This document shows, in pieces, positions 25,142-38,262 of a stretch of 64,000 nucleotides of DNA. The notes beneath the pieces are model-generated. The model did not search any database, was not told the DNA's origin, and saw nothing but the letters and a program-made list of their open reading frames with translations. Source of the stretch: Fimicolochytrium jonesii (Eukaryota). The translations under genes and the position numbers were made by a program. The DNA is taken from contig NW_026515685.1 of NCBI RefSeq assembly GCF_025526975.1, positions 372,001 through 436,000 on the forward strand. The letters run 5' to 3'. Position 1 is the first letter of the stretch. The number at the start of each line of letters is the position of its first letter.

Positions 25142-25928
25142 CGTTGCAAAGTTTGGCGGTGACGATGATGTATGAGTAGGTTCTGAGGCAGTAGAACTTT
25201 GATTATTCGGGGAAAACTGAAGTTGAGAAAGATCGTTTTCTCCCTGACCACGCCTTATCTACTCTTCCCAAGACTGGTCTATGTGGCGCACCACTTCGAA
25301 GGCTCGATTTTTTCTTCTATTGCAGCCGCCAGGGGATTTTTGGGTGGGCGGGGAGGGTCGTCGATCGGTTCATGCAAACTATATAAAGACACAGGTGTGC
25401 GTTCTATATTGAAGAATCAAGCAGAACAACAAGCGTAATTCACTTTAGGATGACCAAACTTCGATCTTCCTTGTTGCCCTCGGTCGAGACTTTGGTTGCC
25501 ATCGATTGGAGAACACTCAACCTTCTGGTGCAACATTGCATAGCCCCCTTTTAGCATGTCGCTACCTTTTAGTTTCCCTTCATGAAGCCGTGAAGTCATC
25601 TAGTAGCCCACGCTCTGTTGTTGGCAGCACATCTGGTTTCTGCGTGGATGAGGTCCAGTTTTCCCACCGTCAGGACACTGTCGAAATTGCGGACTGCTGC
25701 TTACGTTGGTAGATGGGAAAGATGCGATCGCAATGATCTCCCCGTTCCCCAATAATAGGCGTTTCCCCCAATAGGGAATGGCTGTGCGCAGTCGTGAGTC
25801 GTCAACCCCACTTCTGCACAAGACTTGGTTCAAGCATAAAAGCAAACGTTTGGTCATTTCCCACCACCCAACAGAAACACACACGCAAGATCGTATCCCA
25901 AATCACCCACCCACAAGCTTCTATCACT

Positions 25929-27552
25929 ATGGTTCAAGAGCAATGGGTAAGTCTCTGGCATCCGAGTCTGTATGCGAGGTTATGCACCTTCTGATCTCTC
26001 CTCGTATTTTCCACAGAACTCGGGTTTGAACACCCCTCTTGTTGAGGAGGACAAGGAGATGTATGATCTCATTCAGAAGGAGAAGTGGAGGCAATATTCT
26101 TGCCTGGAGCTGATTGCGTCCGAGGTATGTCAAGGCGACGCACGAGCTACGAGTTTCTCCTTTCCTTATTGGGAGGTGTGCTTATTGGCCACTTCTTTCC
26201 ACTTGCAGAACTTCACTTCGCAAGCCGTGATGGAAGCGAACGGTTCCGCGTTGACCAACAAGTATTCTGAGGGTCTGCCCGGTGCCCGTTACTATGGTGG
26301 TAACGAGTTCATCGATCAGATCGAGAACCTTTGTCGCCAGCGTGCTCTCGAGGCCTTCAGCCTGAGTTCCGAGAAGTGGGGTGTGAACGTGCAACCTTAC
26401 TCCGGAAGTACCGCCAACTTCTCCGTTTTGACTGCTTTGTTGGCACCTCACGACCGTATCATGGGACTCGACTTGCCATCGGGTGGACAGTGAGTAGAAT
26501 CTTTCATTGATAGCTCTCGAGCTTGGCCAGATGTTAACAAGTTTATCCGTAGTTTGACCCACGGATATGCTACCGCCAAGAAGAAGGTATCATCTTCTGC
26601 CATCTACTTCGAGTCCTTCCCCTACCAAGTCGACATGAAGACCGGTGTCCTGGATTACGACAATTTGGAGCGCAACGCTCTTCTCTACCGCCCCAAGCTC
26701 ATCATCTGCGGTGCCAGCGCATATGCACGGGATTGGGACTACGCCCGTCTGCGGAAGATCGCTGACCAAGTCGGCGCCTACTTGATGGCCGACATTGCGC
26801 ACATCAGTGGTTTGGTCGCGTCCAGCGAAGCCGCCAACCCCTTCGATTTCTGCGATGTGGTTACAACAACCACCCACAAGACCCTTCGTGGTCCTCGTGC
26901 GGGTCTCATTTTCTTCCAAAGAGCCCCCAAGGGTGAGAAGAACTCTGACCTGGAGGACAAGGTTAACTTCGCCGTCTTCCCTTCCAACCAGGGAGGACCC
27001 CACAACAACACCATTGCCGCTATTGCTGTTGCTCTGAAGCAGGTCGCCACCCCAGCGTTCAAACAATATGCGAAGCAAGTCAAGGCCAACGCGGTGGCCC
27101 TCGCTGAAGCTCTCAAGTCCAAGGGCTACAAGATCGTCACCGACGGTACTGAGAACCATCTTGTCCTGTGGGACCTCCGTCCCAACGGTCTGACCGGCTC
27201 CAAGATGGAGAAGATCTGCGACTACGTCAACATCACCCTGAACAAGAACGCCGTCCACGGCGACTCCTCCGCACTGGTACCTGGTGGTGTCCGTTTGGGC
27301 ACGCCTGCCCTGACATCCAGGGACATGAAGGAGGACGACTTCCGAAAGATCGCCGACTTCCTGGACCGTGCGGCCCAGCTCGCGCTTACCATCCAGAAGT
27401 CCACCGGAAAGCTCATCAAGGACTTCGTCGTCGCGTTGGACGCAAGTGAGGAGGTCAAGACTCTCCGTCACGAGGTCGAGGCGTTCGCAAGATCCTTCGT
27501 TATGCCCGGCTTCGACCCCACCTCCGTGCCTGAGGACTGCAGGCACCACTAG
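25929..27552 (+). CDS. SHM2: Serine hydroxymethyltransferase, probably cytosolic; 4 exons
   Basis: [74 protein letters not shown]. Exon 1 (MVQEQW) has no mitochondrial leader. Confidence 0.95.
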
Positions 27553-27684
27553 AACAGTGGACGTTTTCGGCGACCGACTACAATTTTTAGCCTTCTTACA
27601 GAGGCTGTGCACATAGCCCCACCAATCCTTCCTGTTTATCCTTTTTGTGTCTTTGTTTATTTAGTTCACACTCGACCGCTGTTG

Positions 27685-30007
27685 TCATTTGAGACCATTT
27701 GCCCTAACATCATTCGTCTGCGCCGTGAACTCTCTGCACCACAAACGTAGCTGTTCGCAATCTAAGAGATCCGTCGGAGTCTCTACACTAACCAAGCACT
27801 GAACGACAAGCCTAGTGAATCCCGCCGCCGACGATATATTCTGCCCTCCGTTTGCGTTTTCTCGGCGTCCCGCACCGAGGCGGTTGTTGCAGCTATCAAG
27901 GCACTCTCGTTGCCACTCGGAAATGGCGGACCAGTCGATTACACCGGGCACGTCGTCGGCGGTCGCGGTCAGGACGACTTTGGCGAAATGTCCGCATGCT
28001 CGGGCGCATTCCCGGGGTGTGGGGCGTTCTAGGAAGAATGGCGGTGGTGGGTTTGACATCTTGCGTGCTGATAAGTAATTTGATGGGCAAGGCAAGCTTG
28101 ACATGACCTGCCGAGTTTCGAGGTCGAGACGCTCAAAACATCCCCGCTCACACCCGTGGTGGCTATGCTCGGAATGATGTCTGGGGCGTCGTATCCAGAT
28201 TTATGGCCAGCATATACTGTTTGGCGTTGTGGCGAATCTTCCTGGTCTGCAGACGTGCAGGTCACCGGTTCGATTCCCACGTCCTTCAGCTCAGAGTATG
28301 ACCGCGTCAGTGGTATGTTACCTGAATGCACTTTTCTTTTTGCTTTTGCAACACTCGCGCTTAACCCGTTTCCGTTAGGTAATCACGTTGCCCGGCTTCG
28401 ACAGGTGAACCAGACTCCAGGAACTTCCATCACTGTTTTTCAGACAGACATGCACATTACGAGAACATTGACCATCAGAACAATGGCCAGACGTACCCAT
28501 ATGCTCAGTGTCCAGAGATCCCACCACAGAAGAGATATGTGTGCCGACAAGGCGGACATTATCCAGAGATAGACGAAGGGAGAGACGAAGATGAGAATTG
28601 AGTGCAAAAAAGCGAGAGCCCTAGGTGAGCGATGCTGTTTGGAACTAGATATCTGGAGTTTGGTGCGCTTATAGATTCGCTCACATTGGCGGCTTTTCCT
28701 ATGCGAACCTACGGATTCAACATCGAAACCCCGCAACGGACGGTGTCTCCCCCATTGCTCAAGTGAGAAATCTACATACCGCCGTCTGACACAGAATACA
28801 CCGACGATAAACCAACGATTCCCTATACGCCGTACATTTATCTTTATCGTCAATGATACATCGGAGTAACCGAGGAATGTTTCAACGCATCAGTAATCAG
28901 CGGTTCTGCATCGCAAGCGGCATCCGATGATCCCGGCTCAGCGGACTGGGGCAACCCGTCGCCAATTTGGACCATCTCGTAAGAAGAATGGTTTGTTGCA
29001 TCTTTGGGAGATCGGCCGTCACCATTTACCAGCGCTCCATGAAACGTTATTGAGTTTGATAGTTTCATGGTGCAGTACGGAGAATGTACGTCTGCCCAAA
29101 GGAAACGTGAGGACAACAATTCAGGGCCTCTGGTCGCACCTCTTGCAAAAATAGCCTCACCTTCCACCTCCAAAATCCACTTCAGATACTTGAAACATTG
29201 TGATATCGGGTCCCCATCGCTTGTCGTGAGGTCATCCGCGACGTCGAGTGCGTCTGTGATCAAACATCGGGTGGTCCTAGTCCGCGTTTGAGACCGAGGT
29301 CGTTGCATCACCAGATCAAATTCGACCGACATACCTCTGCTTAGTCTTGCCAATATTCTCCAGCGCAAACCGCAAAAGGGCCATACAGCGAGCGGAATCG
29401 TTCTCTCTGAAGCCGTAATCAGTCACTCATGTCTACCGTGTCGCGTAAGACGTAACTTACAGAGCTTCCTCATCGGCGAAGAAGGTCCCGTAGTTGTTAA
29501 TAACTATGCATTCAGGCAGCCCGGGGAGGCCGACAGGCTGATCCAAGTGCGGGAACCAGGCTAGGAAACTCTTCAGAGCTGATACGTTGGTGACATATCT
29601 GAGCAAGCACCGGTGTCAACTTCAGTGATGATGTTGTGGCGGAGGCGCCTCCATACTACACACGCACCGTATATGGATGCGTGAGAGCGCATCACCGCCG
29701 CCGTCGAACACACTCCATTCGGCGGACGTCGATAATTTCTCACGGTCGGTCGTCAGGAAAAGAACGGTGTCTGACCGAAGGGCGCGGCAGATGGCGTATC
29801 TCCACGCGAGTGTTGTGGTCAACCTAACCATTGGCAAATTGAGGCGCTAAGTTCCCATTTCATCATGGCTTTGAAAGAAGCATATGTAAACCCGCACCTT
29901 TCGTCTCTTGTGATAAGAAGAGCACCTTGATGGGTCAAGTCCAGCTCATCTTGAGCTCCCGCCGTGGCCGCTTGCACGGCTCCCTCTATGTTGAACAGCC
30001 TCTCCAT
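27685..30007 (-). CDS. Hypothetical multi-exon protein with hydrophobic (membrane) segments; boundaries uncertain
   Basis: A chain of minus-strand ORFs (29819-30007, 29622-29837, 28850-29368, 28440-28853, 27685-28104) with plausible splice signals; TM-like stretch at 28440-28630. Confidence 0.4.
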
Positions 30008-30738
30008 GCCTGAAATTGCCGGGACATGGCGGGTTCCCGCTGAAATATTGGCCTATTATCCAGGCATGGACTTTCAACCTCCAATGACGAGGTCAATTGG
30101 GGAAATTGGAAAGCTTTTTGAAGCCACATTCAGCCACACTCAACGCGCGCGCATAGAGTCCGACGATTCGGACGCGACCCGTTCCGTGGCAGGGGTCGCA
30201 AACAGGGCCTTCGAGGCTTGCATACATGCGTGCATTATTGTGTTCTCAATGCGATGTCCTTATCTCGTTCCTGCTTGTGTCCTGGGGCCTCTCCCACATG
30301 CATGCTTTGGGGGACGGTAGACTTCGTATCCTTATCGACTGCATCCACGTAAGTTTGTGCCTTGGATTATTGGGATCCGTATTGAGTAAGGTTTCCCAGG
30401 TTTGTTTGAATATTCAGGCGCAGGGTCCGTCATCTGACGCCAGCTTTCCCGCCGTGCGTTGCTGGAAACCCCCAATGATGGCTGACGCTCTGAATTCATA
30501 AAATGTCCCCCCCCACGCCATCCCTTCCCCTTCCAACCTCGCAAAACTGTTAACAGGCGAATTCCATGAAGAGAGATATGGCATGTGTTATTTGCGCCAA
30601 TATATAGGCAGCGTGAAGTCCACGTTCATCCGTTTCTTCACGCACCGATAACTTCACCTCAAAGACTGACCAGAACACATAGCAACTGAATAACACTCGT
30701 CTTCATACATAACGACCCATCTTCAGCGAGAACAAACC

Positions 30739-30993
30739 ATGGCACCTACAACACCCTTCATTGCCGCCGTTACAGGCCTTGGCGCCATCACTGCGGTCTA
30801 CCTTGCTAGTCCCATGAACCATGGCCACCTTTACGACGACCACGAGCAGCATCCTGCGGGAGCGTTGCCATCTATTGGCGCGGGTATCCCCATTTCGCAC
30901 AAGACTGCGTCGGCGAACGGAGGCGGCCTCTTCACAAGGAAGGTCAGCTTCCGTCAGGGTTCCACTTCGTCGGGTGCGACCGATCACGGGTGA
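30739..30993 (+). CDS. Small hypothetical protein with an N-terminal hydrophobic segment
   Basis: 84-aa ORF in good start context (AACCATGG); TATATA at 30601. Confidence 0.35.
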   Translation: MAPTTPFIAAVTGLGAITAVYLASPMNHGHLYDDHEQHPAGALPSIGAGIPISHKTASANGGGLFTRKVSFRQGSTSSGATDHG

Positions 30994-31805
30994 GCATTGG
31001 CGCTATAGAATTGTTGGGGTGTGTCCCAGAAATAGAGAAGAGTGGCATATGGGCCAATGGCCTGGGAGTCGTTGGCACGATGGGACAAGAGGCACATCAT
31101 GATGTGACGCAAGCATTCCCCTCACTGCTGGGCATGCGCACCTACCGTCTCATACAGGGATGAAGCAGAGTTTGCGGTCCTATGTGCATTCTCTTAGCTC
31201 AACAGCAACCCTACAACCTGTGCAAAAGGTCCGTGCCCAGCAGACGTGCGTGGGTTCTCTTAGAAGGGCCATCTCCTAAAAACATCATAGAAAGGGAACA
31301 CGAACAAGAGCTAACGTACCATACTCTACCCTTATTTCATCATCCAATGATAGCTCCGACGATACCCATGACCTCGACCGTCTCGCCTCATCCGGAAGCT
31401 TCAAGCTCAACCCGGAAGACATGCTTTTCGGATGCATCTGAGAAGCATTCCTCGTCTACTGCCGGACAGTGACTCCGGCTGCTTTATGTAGGGCTTGTCA
31501 TACCTGGTCGTTGAAAAGCATTGTGTCTTATGCTCCAGTCTTTGGTTTGATGTCTATAAAATCTTGTAAAAGTGAAAAACATATACGATTCGTACCTCTT
31601 GCTCTGATTGAGCGTCTTTTAGCTATATCACGAGTCTGTTGTCGAGTATGCAGAGAAACTCGGCTCATTCTTTGCCTTTTGGTTGTTCTGACCGCGCTTG
31701 CGTAATCAGCATGACACACGTCCTTACGCGTTGAATCGTCGAAAATGTCTTCTCCGGATTCAGCTGACAGCTCACAGTAAAACCACATATAACACATATA
31801 GCAGT

Positions 31806-33244
31806 ATGTGGGACTTTCTTCTACCATCCACGGCAAGAAGCCTTTACAGCAGCTTCACGCATCATCCCTCAGAAGACCAGGTCGATTTCGAAGTCATCAA
31901 AACCAAATCCTCATCAATCCAGCACGAAACAACCATCGACTCGCCGCGGAAAACCCAATGCCAGGCGTATAATAAAACAAATGGGAACCGATGCACTAGA
32001 CAATCACTGGCCGTCAAGTGTCATTTACATCGATTTGTGTCAAATGCGACGGATAGTGAGCAGTTTGGACGATATGCAGGTAAGAAGCGCGGAGACCGAT
32101 GTGATGATGGTATCCATCCATGCATTCTGACATTGGTCCGGTTTCAGACTTCATAAACCCGACCCTGTCAGATTTCACAAAACGCAGGCTCTATGCGGAG
32201 CTCTTTAAACCGATATCCTCGAAGGACAAGCCCGGGTACATTTACGCTTACCAACTCATCAGACGTGCGTACCGCTGGCTTGATCTGACTCAATCGGGCT
32301 GAGCGTCACTAACGGTATTGAAATGCTAGCGGAAGGTAACACAATCAGTCAGTATGATTCGACGATGTACAAAATAGGTACGTACACACTGTTTCTTCCG
32401 AGTTGCAACATCGTACTAAACCCGCTACATCACCATCCCGACAGGACGAACAACGGACATCAACCGCCGCCTCTCCGAATGGTCCTCCCGCTGCGGTTTC
32501 CGCCCAAAACTCATCGAATGTTTCCCGCCTCAGCTCGATGCATCTAATCCCTTCCATGCCTCTACAGCATCAATTTGCCGCTTCTCAGACCGCTGCGAAC
32601 GACTCATTCACATAGAACTGGCAGACAGATTCCGGGCGGGCCCGATTGTTTGTCCGGGGAGGTGCAAGGAGGCTCATTATGAGTGGTTCAAGGTGCATCA
32701 GCGGGGTGAGGCGGGTGAGGGGGATGGGGTGGGAGATCAAGGATGGATGGCGATGAGGCAGATCATTTGCAAATGGGTGGATTTTATTCGGAGGGAGCAT
32801 GCGATGGAAGGCGAGCGGCGGGATGCGGACCAGGTCGGACGTCTCGCGTCGCCTTTCATTGCCATCAAAGTTGAAGATAAGGAATGCGTAGAGATGTTGG
32901 AGGTTGGAGGCGATGACGATGACGACACGTTCTACAGTATGTCGCAAGCAGACAACATCAACGAAGAGCTGGACGATTTCGACGAGGAGTTGCCTGCATA
33001 TGAGGAGCCGCTGGCTGCTTTGGCAAATGCTTTCGACTGCATGTGTCTGCTTGATCGAGCATATACCACAAATACACATGTGCCGGCCACAGCTGCGTCC
33101 ACACTTCCCAATCATGTTCCTATCTTGGACTTTGGGAGAACATTGAAGAAGGATTCCGCCGGGATGCTAGCGGGCAGTATGTCAACCTTGGGGGAAGATG
33201 CCTGGGAAGTCATTGAGCCTATCCTCATAAGAACCAGATCCTAG
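31806..33244 (+). CDS. T5orf172/MUG113 (GIY-YIG-like) domain protein; spliced
   Basis: QCQAYNKTNGNRC..CHLH; ELFKPISSKDKPGYIYAY; YKIG|RTTDINRRLSEWSSRC; ERLIHIELAD; HYEWF. Confidence 0.75.
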
Positions 33245-33413
33245 AATCCCACTATGTGTATACTTCCGCAGCAGAAACCAGCTGGAGACGTGTCAAATAA
33301 CATTTCAAAACTTTCTATTCTAATCTAAACATCACTCCATGACTGCCTACTTGTTCGGTGCGGTGCAATGACAAGGGTATACTACTATCTGAGGGGCGCG
33401 GCAGAAGGGGCGT

Positions 33414-34544
33414 TTACGCCTTGACTTTCTTCTCCTTTTTAACTTTCTTCGCCTTTTTCTCTTTGTTCGCTTTCCCTTCGCTAGTTTCGCCCGATGTTGA
33501 TGCCGAGCTCACCTCCTCCGTCTGCCGCTTCCGCTTTTTACTCTTCTTTTCGACCGGATCGGACTTTTCGCTCACCGCTTCGGATGCAGTGTCAATGGAG
33601 GCCGGCGTCTTCTCCTTCTTTGCCTTTTTCGGTTTAGGGGCAACCGTACTTGATAAGGAGGCTTCTGATTTGGATCGCGATGTCGCACAGGATTCTATAT
33701 CGTCCGCGTTTTCTTTCGCGGCAGACTTCGATTTCTTTGCTTTGCTCGATTCCTTCTTCGCCTTCTTCTCCTTCTTTTCCTTTTTGTCCTTCTTCTCCTT
33801 CCTATCCTTCTTCGGCCCATCCTTCGTTTCAACTTCCTCTACTCTACTATTCTTGGCCTCCGATATCGTTGGGGGTGCTGGCGCTGGTGCCGCTTCCCCC
33901 AGCACCTCACACACCTTCCTCATCCGCTCCATCTCATCCTCATCCTCCGAGGAGTCATCTGCTGCCTTTGCCATGGCCTCCATCCCTGCTCTTACGAGCT
34001 TTCCCGGTTGATGCGCTCTAGCCCCTTTTCTCGCGGTACGCCCCTCGCACGCCTTCAGGAGCTCTGCGTCTGTTATTCTCACAGAATAATCCTTTTCCTC
34101 AATAAACCCAGAGGTCACGGGAGCGGCTTTTATGAAGGACCCGTAAAGAAGAGCTTTCGCGGCCGTGGTTGTGGTAGCTGAGGTTGTGACAACGGCCGTC
34201 GTTATCGTTTCTTCAGAGTCCGCACCAGTCGTAGTGGTAGTGGTAGTGTCTTTCGTTATGTTTATCGAGGCCGAGGTCTTGTTAAACACATGGTCCCACC
34301 ACGCAAACGACCATTCGTCAGACTTTGCTCCCAAGCCGTCGGTGTCGTTTTTGAACCCGACCGAAATGGCTTTGTTGATTCCCGTGCGGTCCTTGCCCAG
34401 CCCGGTACCTTTCTTCCATCCGTATTTGGAGAGCTGCTTCTCGGCAAAACTGCCACCGCTGTTTGTGCCATTTTCAGAGTAGGCGTTGTTGTAGCCTCCG
34501 CTGCCGAGCCCGAAGGTGGGGCGGACAAAGTCGTCGTCAGCCAT
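33414..34544 (-). CDS. G-patch domain protein (GPATCH4-like, Lys-rich tail)
   Basis: FAEKQLSKYGWKKGTGLGKDRTGI..K.DTDGLG; WWDHVFN; TDAELLKACEGRTARKGAR; KKE-rich C-terminus. Confidence 0.85.
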   Translation of the reverse strand: MADDDFVRPTFGLGSGGYNNAYSENGTNSGGSFAEKQLSKYGWKKGTGLGKDRTGINKAISVGFKNDTDGLGAKSDEWSFAWWDHVFNKTSASINITKDTTTTTTTGADSEETITTAVVTTSATTTTAAKALLYGSFIKAAPVTSGFIEEKDYSVRITDAELLKACEGRTARKGARAHQPGKLVRAGMEAMAKAADDSSEDEDEMERMRKVCEVLGEAAPAPAPPTISEAKNSRVEEVETKDGPKKDRKEKKDKKEKKEKKAKKESSKAKKSKSAAKENADDIESCATSRSKSEASLSSTVAPKPKKAKKEKTPASIDTASEAVSEKSDPVEKKSKKRKRQTEEVSSASTSGETSEGKANKEKKAKKVKKEKKVKA

Positions 34545-34962
34545 TGTGAGTCAGAGGATACGTTGCTTCGTCTCAGGAAAGCTTTCGAAGTAGGACTAGC
34601 GCTTGCCGTCGAAGCAGGTGACCAGGCAACGTAGCGGGTCTATTCGAATTACGACGACGCACTGGTAAATCGAGAAAAGAATGGAGGACGGCGAGAAGGC
34701 AAAGAGGGATCACGTAAGCATTTGTTACACGCACACCTTGCAAACTCCGACTGGAAATAGAGTGACTTCACGGTTTATTCTCGTATGGTTCATGAGGACT
34801 GAATCCGTAGCACAGACTGCCCGCGGGTGAAGGCGTTTTACCCTATGCTGCCTCTTTATACGTGAACATGGTTGCTGGTTGACGAGCCAAGTGTGTACGC
34901 CGCAAACTCCTTCGAGCCATGACTCTGATTCCCCGCTTATCCGCGTGCGACAGGGCTGGGAC

Positions 34963-35076
34963 CTAGTCGCCCTGCAACGGAAAACAAGCGTATCCCTTGT
35001 CGCAACTGCTCCGCGAATCTCCTGGCGTATCTACTTCGGCACAGAAGCTATAGGTGTCTAAGTGTCTCTGGTATAT
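34963..35076 (+). repeat. 114-bp direct repeat, copy 1
   Basis: CTAGTCGCCCTGCAACGG...GTCTCTGGTATAT, 112/114 identical to 40084-40197. Confidence 0.95.
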
Positions 35077-35424
35077 GGATGAGGAGGAGGTTGCTTAGTA
35101 TCCCACCTCGCTACCCGCCGAACTAAGCACCTCCTCTCGAACGCCGCATTCGCCTCTCAATTCGCATCGGTTTATTTATCAACATACTTACGGGTTTACG
35201 GGTTTCCCTGGACATTAGGTCCTAAATTGCGCACTGCGCCTCCCGATAGCTAGTTCTTCTTCTTCTTCATTGAAACATCCCCCCCTCCCACCGTAGCTTT
35301 TCAGTCATAGCACTCGATAGCTCAAAAGAGATAAAGGAAAGGAAAGGGAAGCTAGGGTTATCTGTTATTTATTCACTCGAGAAGAAAAATAGAGAAGCTT
35401 ACTAAGCAATCTCCTCCTCATCCA
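35076..35424. mobile_element. MITE-like element with 25-bp TIRs and a TA target-site duplication
   Basis: TA|TGGATGAGGAGGAGGTTGCTTAGTA ... TACTAAGCAATCTCCTCCTCATCCA|TA (24/25 match). A partial internal inverted copy lies at ~35122-35136; the interior is non-coding. Confidence 0.8.
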
Positions 35425-35747
35425 TAGACTCTAGAGGACTACGTTCCTCGTCCAGAGCACACTGTCACTACCCCCAAAGAAACTCCGTCGCTATTTTCGG
35501 GTGTGAAACGGAAGGGGCCCCTTGGTGTTTGCATATTTTATGTAACTGTAATCACTGTGCAAGTGGCAGAGATAGAGAAATCCTACCGTCCTTTGGAGCT
35601 TGCTGCGGTTCCTTGCCTCCATCGTCACCTGTCTCTATTACCACGTACTCTGCACGCTTGACGACTACACAGTCTCAATCAGTTTCGACATTTTCGAGGT
35701 CTCCAACGAACGACGCTGCAGAGTTGTTCGCCGCTGTGCCATTCTCA

Positions 35748-36725
35748 ATGCCGCAGCTTCCTCAGACGACCTACAAAGTAATCCCTTTTGAGGATGACGC
35801 CAGTGTGCAGTCCAGTGCTTCCAGCGGTCTCTTCAATAACCGCATCGACATTAGAGACCGCGGGAGTTGCATTGTCTGTTCGTTCTCCTCCGTACTCCAT
35901 CATTGCCACATCATCCCGAAGGACACTTTAGGCCAGAAGAGGGTTTCCACATTGAAATTGGCTTTGCTGTCTGTTTACCGTGCCCCGCCCGCCGTTATAT
36001 CGTGCTTATTTTTTTCTGATGTTTCGTAGCTCAACAGCCTGTGCCACATAGTGAAGGCGATTCCGCGGTCCTTCCGAGGGGTTAACGACCCGCGCAACGG
36101 TGTCCTCCTCTGTCCGAACCACTACCACTCCTTTGACGCGAAATTGTGGTGCGTGGACGTCTCCCAGCGCCCGTATACCTTCCACAACACCGGGGGCCAC
36201 CCAGACTTCACGCAATACCATGGAGCGGCTATTCGCTTGGACCCCGACCACCCAGACGCCCCTCATCCCAACTGCTTCGTGGCCCATGCGAAACTGGTCT
36301 GCGCGGAATGGGGGGACACGTTTGAAGCAACTGCGACAGACGATCACAATAGTAGTAGTGAGGATGACAAGGCTGATGGGCAAGCCGTGGACTCTCTTGA
36401 GGTGGAAGGCGGCTCTACGCCAATGGAAGGACAAAGCGGAAGCGGCGCTATGGGAGAGGCGGGCGCATTGGGGAGTTTGGATGCTTTCCGGCACCAACGT
36501 CATCGTTCGCTTCCTGTCGCTGCCGAGGAGACCGAGAGACGGGCTTGGTCGGCAGGTGGCGGCGGTCGGAAGGGTGGACTTCCAAGGACTACGTTTGTCC
36601 CCCTTTCCAAGTTCGATTTGGCGCAGGACGAGTTTTATGACGCAACCACAGGCCCTTCCAAATCAAGCCACGATCGTATGCAAGCCTACGAGAACCTGGT
36701 AAAGTCTCTCGAGCGCCCAGGCTAA
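35748..36725 (+). CDS. HNH endonuclease domain protein (HNH_2 type); intron 35943-36029
   Basis: RD..CIVC....HCHIIP ... NDPRNGVLLCPNHYHSFD..W, followed by P...F..H; disordered C-terminus. Confidence 0.8.
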
Positions 36726-36777
36726 TTGGACCATTGCTTTCGACCTTCCGTCCAAAGCCCTCGTCCCCAGAAGATGT

Positions 36778-37926
36778 GTCACTCGGAAACTGTCCCTCGA
36801 ACGCACGGGCCCACCCTCGCTGACAGTTGGCCTGTTCTTTGCGCTGGGTCATTCGACGATCGTGTTATCCGCGGCAATCATCCTTGTCGCCACGGCGAGT
36901 AAGACGGGTCTGACGGCCGGCGGGTGGGGGCTTACGGGGACGATCGTGAGCAGTGCGGTTTTGTTTGTGGTTGGGATGTGTAGCCTTGCGCTCGTTGGGA
37001 TATGGCGGAACTTGAGGAAAGTCCGGAGCGGCGGGAAAGTGGATCCGGCTGAGGCGGACCGTATCATGCTCACGGGCGGCGTTCTCGGTCGCTGCTTCAG
37101 ACGTGTCTATTCCTTCATTGACGCAGCGTGGAAGATGTATTCGCTGGGGCTTCTCTTGTAAGATCATTCTCACTTCCCCTAACGCCCAGGCGCGCTCATA
37201 TCTTTCTTTCGGTCAGCACAGTGGCTTAGGCTTTGACACGGCCACCGAAGTCTCGCTACTGGCCGTGAGTGCAGCGAACACCAGCACTGGCATGTCTATC
37301 GGGTTGGTGATGTTCTTGCCAGCATTGTTCACGGCGGGGATGACGCTTGTCGACACCGCCGACGGGATCATGATGGTACGTTTATTCAGACCACTCTCTG
37401 TACTCTGTAGTGGTAACTCGCTCAGTACTAATGTTTTCTCTCCTCTAGACAACGGTCTTCCTATGGGCCACGATCCACCCCGTCCAAAAGCTCTACTACA
37501 ACTTTACGATCACGCCCATGTCTGTCGTAATCGCATTCGTCATCTGTCTCATCCAGGTCCTGGGGATCTTCAGTAAGGAGTTCGGGTTATACTCTGGGAT
37601 CCATCAACGAGAGTTACGGAACCGTAGGATACGCCGTTATCGGGGCATTCGCGTTTGTTATGTTGGTCAGTGTGGTGATCTTCATGTATTGCGGCTTTCG
37701 AATCGTGAATGACAGCGTAGGGCAACGGGAACACTGGGGGGAAGTAGAAGAGATCCTCGAGTTTGGGAGAGTGGGTGACGCTGTAGCGAGGGGCGATCAC
37801 GTTGGGGATGTGGAAGAGATAGGCGTAGTAGTAGGAGAACCTGACGCCGCTGCGGATACACCCATGAGTAATGAGAAAACTCTTGATCAGTTTCGTCGGG
37901 ACCAGAATCACTCATCAAAACAGTAA
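36778..37926 (+). pseudogene. High-affinity nickel/cobalt transporter (NiCoT, Nic1/HoxN family) fragment; 5'-truncated and frameshifted
   Basis: VTRKL...TVGLFFALGHSTIV, GTIVS, WKMY.LG, GLGFDTATE, LPALFTAGMTLVDTADG, KLYYNFTIT. The N-terminal RHxxDADH segment is absent (the HNH stop is ~50 bp upstream), and the frame changes near 37590 between EFGL and TLGSINESYGTVGY. Confidence 0.75.
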
Positions 37927-38262
37927 GTCCTGCGCTCAGTTCCCTAGTGGATCGTGTGATATTGGCGTAGAGTGGTATGCATCGATGGTTCAAAGGGTAT
38001 ATATTGGAGACATGTCCCACGTAAAAGACAGTTGCCACTACTCTAAATGAATACACCGTCTTTTTGAAAGTTGGAGCCAATGTGTGATATAATGTTGAAT
38101 CGAAGAGCACTCGCCCCCATCTGCGTGGTGCCTGCACCACATGCACGCGGGAGCATGAGCCCTAACCCCCGCGCAGTGTCGCGGCTCTCGACGGTCCATC
38201 CGTCTTGCTGCGGCACGATTTCCGCTTGAGATGATGCCCTCTTTGTGCACGAACGGAGGGGT

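Noticed and set aside
26590..27612. 340-aa minus-strand ORF
   Set aside because: Antisense shadow of the strongly codon-biased SHMT gene.
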